Assembly: GCA_009780875.1 (NCBI GenBank)
Contig: WQZE01000001.1
Location: 1-26,652 of the forward strand
Source: Bacillota bacterium
Lineage (GTDB): Bacteria; Bacillota; Clostridia; Christensenellales; Pumilibacteraceae
Length of the DNA: 26,652 nt
Direction of reading: 5' to 3'
In this document: piece by piece, positions 6,833-14,800 of the stretch
Layout of the letters: the number at the start of each line of letters is the position of its first letter
Numbering within the stretch: position 1 is the stretch's first letter
The notes under the pieces: generated by a model
Told to the model about the DNA's origin: nothing
Databases searched by the model: none
Seen by the model: only the letters and a program-made list of their open reading frames with translations
Translations under genes and position numbers: made by a program

Positions 6833-8552
6833 CAATAAAAGCCAAAGCTGCAATATTCGCACTTGATATGAGTTTTTGATTGGGTGAAAAGGATAGACTT
6901 ATTGATACCGTATTTATTCCTGGCACAAGGGTACTATTTTTTTCTTTTAGGAGAGTTAAAAAAGATTCTACTACAGAATTTGGCTCAGTTAGGTGTTGAT
7001 CGCATTCAGTCGTTTGCATCAAATCACAAGGAGTTTTATCTTTAATTGCAACGGTCTCGGCCGGCTTATTAGGAGTTGGCGTAGGCTTGCTCTTTGTCGC
7101 TTCTTCTTTCATAGCCTCGGTGGACGGCGTGGTCACGATTTGATTTTTTTCCTTTGAGATTCCTTTTATTAAACGCTTATATAGGTATTTTCCATACCCA
7201 ATTACTGTTACTATCGTTACAAGTTGATTTGCAGCTTCCAAAATTTTGGAAATATTGGGTGTAATTACATTCACAAGGATTTCCACAAGTGAGTTATGGC
7301 TAATTTGCAAATAAAATTTATTTTCATTTCCTTGGGTCAATTCGCTAAGTGTTTTGTCTATTTTTTGTTGCAATTGCAATACCTTTTCATAGTGTTTGGA
7401 AGAATCAATATTGGTTTTTATCACCATCTCTAATTGATTGGTGTACAATGGTCTATACAATAAAATATCTTTTATTTCACCAAAATGAATTCTCCATTTA
7501 TTCCGCTCTGCAGAGGTTGTTATATATTGCTTGGCACGCATTTCTAGATGTTCTAGGAGTTCCTTTTCTGTGTGTCCATTGGTGCCAAACAAACCAAGAA
7601 TAGCACCCAAATGACAAAGATGTTTAAAAATTCTAAAATTTTTGACCTGTAAACAGGCAAATAATCCCCGTTTGAGGTACTCATAGGCGATTTGCATTTG
7701 TCCGATAGCATAATACAAGTTGCACAATGGAAAATATTCGTTTTCATATTGATTAAAATGTATAATGAAAGATTTCAAAAGTTTTTTATAGTCCGTTGCA
7801 TCCAAGTAGCGATCTACGGGTCGTTCCCTATTTGCTTGTGGTGCATTCTTTTCATCACTACTTTTTTCAACCTCCATTAAGAATTGAATAGACTCTCCAT
7901 TTGCATTTAGGATTTCTTTCATCAGCCCAATGGTATAGGGGATTTGATATGCCGGTAAATATATTTTGTCAAATATATTCTGATTCCATTCCGTAAAATC
8001 CAAATTGAGATGACACATCTGCACCTCGGTGAATTTGCAAGAATGAAACTTGGTTCCATCCAATGTATTGTGTTCAAATTGACAGTTTTTAAACTCGCAT
8101 TCTTCAAAAAGCGTTTGACTAATGGTGCTTCTATGGAATGAGACATTATAAAATTTTGTTCTAAGAAAATTACATTGACTAAAATTATTCCCTTCAATTC
8201 TCTCGGCAAGGTCATCAAATCCAATCGCACAATCCACAAAATCACAACTTTGAAAATTAGTACCTTTCAGGTAGCAATTGTGAAATTCAACCTTCTGAAA
8301 GTGCGAGCCCGTCAGTGCAGAACAATCAAAAACGCTTTGATTGAATCTCATATCCATTAGTTGTGATCGTTTTAAGTTGAGGTTGATGTATTGATTTTTT
8401 TCGTGGTCTACCCAATTCTTACTCTTATTGTAACGGGTCACAGGATTTCCAAATACGGACAACTCTTGGTTGGAAACCTCTAAATCTACGCTAGTGTATT
8501 TAGGTATGCCTGCTTTTTTGCCCGTTGCTTCTAGCCACTTCCTATCATCCAT
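6816..8552 (-). CDS. Pentapeptide-repeat protein with helical middle region and low-complexity C-terminus (578 aa)
   Basis: Repeating 5-residue periodicity over roughly residues 55-195 (e.g. SQCNF LRTKF YNVSF HRSTI SQTLF EECEF KNCQF EHNTL DGTKF HSCKF). RBS and ATG lie inside the right repeat. Overlaps the 3' end of the fusion gene by 17 nt. Confidence 0.85.
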   Translation of the reverse strand: MDDRKWLEATGKKAGIPKYTSVDLEVSNQELSVFGNPVTRYNKSKNWVDHEKNQYINLNLKRSQLMDMRFNQSVFDCSALTGSHFQKVEFHNCYLKGTNFQSCDFVDCAIGFDDLAERIEGNNFSQCNFLRTKFYNVSFHRSTISQTLFEECEFKNCQFEHNTLDGTKFHSCKFTEVQMCHLNLDFTEWNQNIFDKIYLPAYQIPYTIGLMKEILNANGESIQFLMEVEKSSDEKNAPQANRERPVDRYLDATDYKKLLKSFIIHFNQYENEYFPLCNLYYAIGQMQIAYEYLKRGLFACLQVKNFRIFKHLCHLGAILGLFGTNGHTEKELLEHLEMRAKQYITTSAERNKWRIHFGEIKDILLYRPLYTNQLEMVIKTNIDSSKHYEKVLQLQQKIDKTLSELTQGNENKFYLQISHNSLVEILVNVITPNISKILEAANQLVTIVTVIGYGKYLYKRLIKGISKEKNQIVTTPSTEAMKEEATKSKPTPTPNKPAETVAIKDKTPCDLMQTTECDQHLTEPNSVVESFLTLLKEKNSTLVPGINTVSISLSFSPNQKLISSANIAALAFIVIPQS

Positions 8553-8579
8553 AATATACAATTATCCTTTGTTGTGTAC
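8549..8579 (-). repeat. Right copy of the 31-bp inverted repeat (contains RBS and ATG at 8552)
   Basis: Plus-strand CCATAATATACAATTATCCTTTGTTGTGTAC is the exact reverse complement of 4021-4051. Confidence 0.95.
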
Positions 8580-8626
8580 AGTGTGCGATTTTTTATAAAT
8601 TTGGTTGTTCTTGTCTTTTGGTTTGG

Positions 8627-8655
8627 TTGCACTTTTTTTTTATTTGTGGTATAAT
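8627..8655 (+). promoter_or_regulatory. Sigma-A promoter of the P-type ATPase operon
   Basis: TTGCAC-17 bp (including T9)-TATAAT with a TG extension. Confidence 0.75.
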
Positions 8656-8768
8656 TATGGGAGAGTATTTTGATTTTGTGTTGTTGGGGAGGTGGAGTTT
8701 TGGGATGGGGAGTGGGGCACAAAGTTTGGGGGTGGATTTTGGATATTGGGCAGAATGATATTAGTTTG

Positions 8769-11294
8769 ATGGAGCCGCAGGCGTTGGAGGGCAACATTAT
8801 TACGGTTGAGCAGATGCAAAAGGCTCGGCAGAGAAAACGCAAGGGTCCCAAGTTGACGCAGGCGGATATGTCGCAGGCGGAGCGGTATGTTGTGGAGTAC
8901 AAGGATGGGTTGAGTACGGAGCAGGTTGCCAAACGCAATGAGGATGGATATATCAACTTTGCGAGTGACACGGGGGGCAAGACCTATGGGCGGATTTTGT
9001 TCAACAACCTTGTGACCTTTTTTAACTTTTTGACATTTGGTGTCGCTATCGCTTTGATAATAGCGGGGGCTGGTTTTGCACAAATGTTTTTTATGGTCAT
9101 TATTTTGGTCAACTTGGCGATTGGTATTTGGCAAGAGTTCAAAGCCAAGGCGGCGGTCGCCAAGTTGACGCTTGTGTCGGCACCTACGGCGATGGTGGTG
9201 CGGAATGGGAGCAAGGTGTCTATTCCCATCTCAGAGGTCGTGCTGGACGATATCATTTATTTGGAGCAAGGCAAACAAATCCCCTCGGATGCAAGGGTGA
9301 TACACGGGGAGTTGGAGGTCAACGAGAGTATGTTGACGGGCGAAAGTGTACCCATTGCCAAAAAGAATGGTAGTACGATTTTGGGCGGTAGTTTTGTGAC
9401 AGCGGGCAAATGCTATGCACGGGTGGAACGAGTGGGCAGTGCCAACTATGTACAGACTTTGTCCTCACACGCCAAAAGATATGTCAAGCCCAAAAGTGAG
9501 ATTCAAGACAGTGTGCGTCGCATCATCAAAGTGGTGTCCATCATTTTGGTGCCCATCTCTACTGTGTTGATTGTGTATAGTTTTCTCAACAACGGCAGTT
9601 GGCAAGCCACTATTTTTAGTGTTTCTGGGTCCATTATCGGAATGATACCCGCCGGAATGTTTTTGTTGACCTCTTTGGCTTTGTTTGTGGGGCAAGCAAG
9701 GCTGGCACGCAAGAATGTCTTGGTGCAAGATTTGTATTGCATAGAGATGCTTGCAAGGGTCAATATTTTGTGTCTTGACAAAACGGGAACCATCACGGAT
9801 GGTACGATGCAGGTCAATGAAGTTGTGGAGGTCGGCACACCCAAAGAGGGTGCAAAGGTTGCAGAACTTGTGTCCGCCATCATCACAGCGACGGGCGACA
9901 ATAACCAAACCGCTTTGGCACTCGCCAACAAGTTTGGATATGCAACCAAAGACAACCCACACAAACCCAAAAAGGTGTTGCCTTTTAGCAGCACTCGCAA
10001 AATGAGTGCGGTGGAGTTTGAGGGGCAAGGCACCTACTTTTTGGGAGCACCCGAGTTTGTGTTGCAAGATATGGGATCCAAGGTGGAAGAAATTGTCAAT
10101 GATAGAGCCAAACAGGGTTTGCGTGTAATGTGTCTTGCACACAGTATGGGCGAAATAAAGGAAGAGAAACTGCCCGGCACACGGCGTGCACTTGCACTCA
10201 TTGCCATTGAGGACCATATCCGAGAAGATGCAATCACCACCATCAAGCATTTTAGGGAGAATGGAGTCAAAGTCAAGGTCATCTCAGGAGACAATCCTTT
10301 GACCGTGAGTGAGGTCGCCAAAAGAGTGGGCATTGACAAAGCGGACTTGTGGGTATCCTTGGACGGGTTTGATGAGAGCCAGGTCATCTCGGTTGCTGAC
10401 AAGTACACCGTGTTTGGGCGTGTGACACCCGAACAAAAACAATGGCTTGTCAAGGCGATGAAATTGGATCGCAACAATACCGTGGCGATGACGGGCGACG
10501 GGGTCAATGATATCTTGGCAATGAAAGAGTCGGATTGTGCCATCTCGGTGGCAAGTGGCTCTGAGGCTGCAAGGAATGTGTCCCACTTGGTTTTGATGGA
10601 TAGCAATTTTAATTCTATGCCAAGTGTGGTGCAAGAGGGCAGGCGAGTCATCAACAATATTGAAAAATCTTCGGCACTGTTTTTGATGAAGACTTTGATG
10701 ACCATCTTGTTGACCGCCTTGGTGCTTATCAACATTGTGTTGCCTCCTGAGATTATTGGATGGATGCGTGAGTATCCGTTGCAGACAAACAACTTGTTGA
10801 TGTTTGAACTTTTTGTGGTGGGCGTGCCGAGTATGTTCTTGGCGTTGCAATCCAACAAGGAAATCATCAAAGGCAAATTTTTGTACAATGTATTGTCGCA
10901 AAGCGTGCCGGGCGGACTTGCCTTGTTTGCCAATATTGTGGCACTCTATATATTTAGACACAGACTTGGACTGGAAAGTGATCAACAAATCCTCAGTATG
11001 ATTGTCATCTCTATGATTTTTACGGGACTTATGGTGTTGATTAGGATTGCTAGCAAGCCCTCCTTTAATACTTTTAGGGTGGTGCTCGTGGTGGTGGTCT
11101 TTGGACTCACGAGTGCGAGCGTGTTTGCTTTGGGTCCCATCTTTGGCATAGACTACAAGCCAGCATTTTTGGCGAGCAAGGATGACCCCAATGTCCTCAA
11201 TATGACACAGACTTTATTTTTGTTTACGACCACGCTTTTGGCGTATGGAGTGGTGGGTGTGCTTACCACGGCTCTTAGCAAAGTGAAACTTTGA
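8769..11294 (+). CDS. Cation-transporting P-type ATPase (HAD-IC, CtpE-like); start assigned to ATG 8769
   Basis: TGES, phosphorylation motif DKTGTIT, ISGDNP, MTGDGVND, and multiple transmembrane segments. M4 reads IPAGM. Confidence 0.93.
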   Translation: MEPQALEGNIITVEQMQKARQRKRKGPKLTQADMSQAERYVVEYKDGLSTEQVAKRNEDGYINFASDTGGKTYGRILFNNLVTFFNFLTFGVAIALIIAGAGFAQMFFMVIILVNLAIGIWQEFKAKAAVAKLTLVSAPTAMVVRNGSKVSIPISEVVLDDIIYLEQGKQIPSDARVIHGELEVNESMLTGESVPIAKKNGSTILGGSFVTAGKCYARVERVGSANYVQTLSSHAKRYVKPKSEIQDSVRRIIKVVSIILVPISTVLIVYSFLNNGSWQATIFSVSGSIIGMIPAGMFLLTSLALFVGQARLARKNVLVQDLYCIEMLARVNILCLDKTGTITDGTMQVNEVVEVGTPKEGAKVAELVSAIITATGDNNQTALALANKFGYATKDNPHKPKKVLPFSSTRKMSAVEFEGQGTYFLGAPEFVLQDMGSKVEEIVNDRAKQGLRVMCLAHSMGEIKEEKLPGTRRALALIAIEDHIREDAITTIKHFRENGVKVKVISGDNPLTVSEVAKRVGIDKADLWVSLDGFDESQVISVADKYTVFGRVTPEQKQWLVKAMKLDRNNTVAMTGDGVNDILAMKESDCAISVASGSEAARNVSHLVLMDSNFNSMPSVVQEGRRVINNIEKSSALFLMKTLMTILLTALVLINIVLPPEIIGWMREYPLQTNNLLMFELFVVGVPSMFLALQSNKEIIKGKFLYNVLSQSVPGGLALFANIVALYIFRHRLGLESDQQILSMIVISMIFTGLMVLIRIASKPSFNTFRVVLVVVVFGLTSASVFALGPIFGIDYKPAFLASKDDPNVLNMTQTLFLFTTTLLAYGVVGVLTTALSKVKL

Positions 11295-11316
11295 GCACGA
11301 AATTTTGGAGAAAAAG

Positions 11317-11979
11317 ATGAAAACATTGATAATCAATGCACAGCCAGATTTTGGCAATCCTATGCATTTTACCAACAAAATGCAAGAAAAATTTGCAAGT
11401 TTGTTTGGGGGCAAGTTTGACAAAAGTCAATTGACCGTCCTCAACTTGTATGATACAAAAATCCCGCAGATTGACAGCGAGCAATTGCTCAGTGTGTGGA
11501 AAAAACAACAGACAGGGGAGGCGTTGACGAGTGCCGAAAAAACGATTGAAAAGCAACACACTCATTTGTTGGAGCAGTTTTTGGAGCATCACCGTGTGGT
11601 CATTGTGATGCCACTACACAACTTTAATATCACGGCAAGAATGAAAGATTATATAGACAATTTGATGATTGCTAGAAAAACATTTAGGTACACAGGACAA
11701 GCAGACAAGGACGGCAAAGTGTCCGCAGGGCTGTTGACAGATGACCGCAAAGCCTTGCTTTTGTATTCTAGTGGTTCCGTTTTTACCAAAGACGATTTTT
11801 ACAAGGACTTGGATTTTGCACCCAAATATTTGCGTACAATGTTAGTAGAGATGATGGGATTTGACAATATGGACATTGTGAGAGTGGAGGGGACCTCACG
11901 GTCCGGGGCAGACAAAGAGGCAATGCTTGCAAAGGCGATGGAGGCGTTGTCCACGGCTTTTGAAAAAATGTATGGTTAG
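11317..11979 (+). CDS. azoR: FMN-dependent NADH-azoreductase-like flavodoxin-fold protein
   Basis: GGAG RBS. MKTLIINAQP, MPLHNFNITARMKDYIDNLMIARKTFRYT, SSGSVF, YLRTMLVEMMGF. Confidence 0.8.
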   Translation: MKTLIINAQPDFGNPMHFTNKMQEKFASLFGGKFDKSQLTVLNLYDTKIPQIDSEQLLSVWKKQQTGEALTSAEKTIEKQHTHLLEQFLEHHRVVIVMPLHNFNITARMKDYIDNLMIARKTFRYTGQADKDGKVSAGLLTDDRKALLLYSSGSVFTKDDFYKDLDFAPKYLRTMLVEMMGFDNMDIVRVEGTSRSGADKEAMLAKAMEALSTAFEKMYG

Positions 11980-12007
11980 GCTCATAGAGAATGAGTAGAG
12001 GGGTAAT

Positions 12008-13039
12008 ATGAAATATCAAGATACGATAATGTTTAGAGAGATTGGCGAGCAACCGACCGTGTTGGAGGGACTTGTCAAAACAAATCACGAGGTGCTTGCC
12101 AAAATTGCTGAGCGGGTCAAAAAGGGCGAGATTGACAATATCAGCATTGGGGCACGAGGGAGCAGCCTGCACGCTAGTATGTATTTTGCTCATCTTGTGG
12201 AGATATTCACCACGCTTCCGGTCAAATTTTTGTCGCCTAGTGTTTTTACGAGTTATGGCGGCAAACTTGAAATCAAGAGGAGTCTTGTGATTGGGGTGTC
12301 CCAATCGGGCAAAGCCGCCGATGTCTTGGAGTGCTTGCGACACGCCAAAAAAGATGGCAGTATTACGGTGGCGGTCACCAATCATTTGGACAGCCCGCTT
12401 GCCAAAGAGGCGGATTATCATTTGTATCTCAACGCACAAAAAGAGGTCAGCGTGGCGGCGACCAAGACGGTGACCGCACAAATGTATGTGCTCTTGCTGT
12501 TGGCACAATCCCTTTGTGCAGACCCACTGCTCATCAACGCACCGCAAATGATTGTGAGCGGTATCCAGAGCGTGCTCAAAAATGCGGGCAATATTGCGGA
12601 TTATGCCAAAAAGTTTGTGGACACCAAAGATATGTTTGTGCTTGCAAGAGGGCTCAACAAATCCGTTGCGTTGGAGAGTGGACTCAAACTATCGGAGACC
12701 ACCTATATCAAGGCATTGGCGTATTCTGTCAGTGATTTTTGGCACGGGCCCTACGCAATGATTGACAAGAATGCGACCGTGATTGCCTATGCGCCCAAAG
12801 GTCAAAGCCAAAAAGATGTATTGGAGATGGTGCAAAAGTGCAAAGGGGACGGTGCAAAAGTGACCGTGATTGGCACCAAAGACTGTACGCCGGACATTGT
12901 GATTCCTGAGGGCACGGACATAGAGACGCCTTTTTACAATTTGGTGACGATGCAAATTTTGGCGTGTGCTTTGTCTACCCACAAAGGTATCTCTGTGGAC
13001 ACACCGAGAGGGCTCAACAAGGTGACCATCACCAAGTAG
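12008..13039 (+). CDS. Double-SIS sugar-phosphate isomerase/deaminase (GlmS isomerase-domain-like, no glutaminase domain)
   Basis: EIGEQP, ARGSS, GVSQSG, EVSVAATKT, ARG..VALESGLKLSETTY, DFWHGP, C-terminal LNKVT. Confidence 0.88.
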   Translation: MKYQDTIMFREIGEQPTVLEGLVKTNHEVLAKIAERVKKGEIDNISIGARGSSLHASMYFAHLVEIFTTLPVKFLSPSVFTSYGGKLEIKRSLVIGVSQSGKAADVLECLRHAKKDGSITVAVTNHLDSPLAKEADYHLYLNAQKEVSVAATKTVTAQMYVLLLLAQSLCADPLLINAPQMIVSGIQSVLKNAGNIADYAKKFVDTKDMFVLARGLNKSVALESGLKLSETTYIKALAYSVSDFWHGPYAMIDKNATVIAYAPKGQSQKDVLEMVQKCKGDGAKVTVIGTKDCTPDIVIPEGTDIETPFYNLVTMQILACALSTHKGISVDTPRGLNKVTITK

Positions 13040-13125
13040 TGCAAAAAATATTTTATTTTGCGAACCAAACCATAGCAATTGCCGCATTTGTATGTTATAC
13101 TTGTATTGTGAGCAACCAAAAAATC

Positions 13126-13159
13126 AATGAGTGACCTCCAAGAGGTGACTCATTTTTTT
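13126..13159 (+). terminator. Intrinsic terminator-like hairpin upstream of the holin-like gene
   Basis: AATGAGT-G-ACCTC-CAA-GAGGT-G-ACTCATT followed by a T run. Confidence 0.75.
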
Positions 13160-13183
13160 ATCGGGAGCCAAAAGGAGAGAGAT

Positions 13184-13477
13184 ATGGAAATAATGCAAAT
13201 TCTGGGTGTGGCTAGCGTGCCTTTTGTGGTGGCAGTGGTGCACGAACTTTTGAGGGTGTACAAGATGATTGTGGATAAAAAAGTGCCACAGGAAAGCAAA
13301 GAGGCGTTTGTCAAATTGATACCGCTTTTTGCGGGAGTCTTGGGATTGTTGATAGGCGTGGGTGCGTACTTTGTGGGCGTGCTTGGGGACAGTTTGCCAA
13401 AGGCAATTTTGGTAGGGATTGCAAGCGGACTGGGTGCCACAGGGATTGACCAAGTAGCCAAACAATTGGGCAAATAA
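13184..13477 (+). CDS. Phage-holin-like small membrane protein (97 aa)
   Basis: AAGGAG RBS. Three hydrophobic segments. C-terminal GIASGLGATGIDQVAKQL resembles small Firmicute holins. Confidence 0.65.
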   Translation: MEIMQILGVASVPFVVAVVHELLRVYKMIVDKKVPQESKEAFVKLIPLFAGVLGLLIGVGAYFVGVLGDSLPKAILVGIASGLGATGIDQVAKQLGK

Positions 13478-13514
13478 AATACCTCGGCACACGAGCACAA
13501 AAGGGCATACTGCA

Positions 13515-14057
13515 TCAAGCAATATGCTCTTTTGTTTTTTGAGGAGCCAGTGCGAGTGCAACCACGCTTGCCAAGGCAAAGGCAAGTTTGTTGATGGTTC
13601 CTAGGCGTATGGTGTTGGAGAGCGCATTTTTGCAAAGTTTGTCTGAGATGATGCCCGTCAAAGATAGGTCTCCACAAGCAGGCAATTGCTTGCCATCGAC
13701 CGAGCCTGGGTGAATGGGCCCATAAATAATTTTGCACTTGCCAACTTTTTGTGTGTTTCCAATCATACTATCTATCGCAATTACTAGACTATTTTTGTGA
13801 TTTGTGGTAATATATTGGTAGGTTTCTTTCAAATTGAGTGCGTGCACGGGGTGGTCAAGGTCTCCATAGACAAAGCACGGGGCATCAAAAGCGTGTTTGA
13901 GATAGTGACCACACATAGGGCCCAGACTGTCTCCCACAAGTTTGTCGCTCCCAATACACAGCACCACAAGGGGGCGTTTGTACAAAAGCAGTCTCAACAG
14001 ATTGCTGGCGGAGTGAGCCAGGGAGGGGTCAAAATAGAATCCTTTTTTGTTGTTCAT
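13515..14057 (-). CDS. yyaC: Spore protease YyaC-like (DUF1256)
   Basis: LCIGSDKLVGDSLGPMCG, VYGDLDHPVHALNL, IAIDS, PG..G.QLPACGD..LTGI. Confidence 0.88.
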   Translation of the reverse strand: MNNKKGFYFDPSLAHSASNLLRLLLYKRPLVVLCIGSDKLVGDSLGPMCGHYLKHAFDAPCFVYGDLDHPVHALNLKETYQYITTNHKNSLVIAIDSMIGNTQKVGKCKIIYGPIHPGSVDGKQLPACGDLSLTGIISDKLCKNALSNTIRLGTINKLAFALASVVALALAPQKTKEHIA

Positions 14058-14109
14058 ACAAATGAGTGTTGACAAAAAGGCAAAGGGCTATACTAGCAAG
14101 GAGAGATGT

Positions 14110-14787
14110 ATGTATACAGAGACGCTCAAACAATTGGGTGTAACAGAGGAGCAAATGCAAAAGTTTGAAACTTTTTTTGATTTGCTCCTTGCGTACAATG
14201 CACACACCAATTTGACCGCCATTGTGGACAAAGAACAAGTCTTTGTCAAGCACTTTGCGGACAGTCTATTGCCAAGGGCGTTGCTAAGCCAGAATGCAAG
14301 CGTGGTGGATATTGGGTGTGGTGCCGGTTTTCCCTCTCTGCCTCTTGCAATTGTTAGGTCAGACTTGCAGTTTTTGTTGGTGGATAGTGTCGCCAAAAAA
14401 CTCAAATTTGTACAGCAAGTGGTGGATGTGTTGCACCTGCAAAATGTGCAGGTATTGCACAGCCGGGCGGAGGATATCACAAAAAGAGAGCACTTTGACT
14501 TTTGCGTAGCAAGGGCGGTTGCCGGCTTGCCAACGCTAATGGAGTATTGTGTGCCTTTTGTCAAAGTAGGTGGGCAAGTGCTTGCGTACAAGTCCAACGA
14601 GATTGAAGAGGAGTTGGCAGACGCAAACAAAGCAATCACCCTTTTGGGAGGGGTATTGCAAGAGGTGGTGCCACTAGACTTGCCTGGCACAGACATTGTA
14701 CGCAAGATTGTGATTGTGCAAAAGATAAAAAAAACAGAGAGCAAATATCCAAGGAGTGGCAACAAGCCACGAACCAATCCATTGTGA
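14110..14787 (+). CDS. rsmG: 16S rRNA m7G527 methyltransferase
   Basis: AAGGAG RBS. NLTAI, KHFADSL, DIGCGAGFP, DSVAKK, SRAE, ARAVA, C-terminal YPR.G.KP..NPL. Confidence 0.95.
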   Translation: MYTETLKQLGVTEEQMQKFETFFDLLLAYNAHTNLTAIVDKEQVFVKHFADSLLPRALLSQNASVVDIGCGAGFPSLPLAIVRSDLQFLLVDSVAKKLKFVQQVVDVLHLQNVQVLHSRAEDITKREHFDFCVARAVAGLPTLMEYCVPFVKVGGQVLAYKSNEIEEELADANKAITLLGGVLQEVVPLDLPGTDIVRKIVIVQKIKKTESKYPRSGNKPRTNPL

Positions 14788-14800
14788 GTAGGGCAATACC

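Larger units (their letters stand above)
3740..8600. mobile_element. AT-rich accessory island (three genes, no mobility gene seen; boundaries approximate)
   Basis: Spot GC counts of 25-33% versus about 55% in mfd. Non-housekeeping gene content. Bracketed by 31-bp inverted repeats. Confidence 0.65.

Noticed and set aside
3740-8600. Transposon or IS with terminal inverted repeats
   Set aside because: No transposase or resolvase motif in any of the three proteins, no target-site duplication found beside the repeats, and the repeats carry inward RBS and ATG rather than typical IS ends.
13184-13477. Prophage
   Set aside because: The holin-like gene is alone; no endolysin, structural, terminase or integrase genes flank it.
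14069-14094. TTGACA...TATACT promoter for rsmG
   Set aside because: The spacer is only 14 bp, outside the normal 16-18 bp range.
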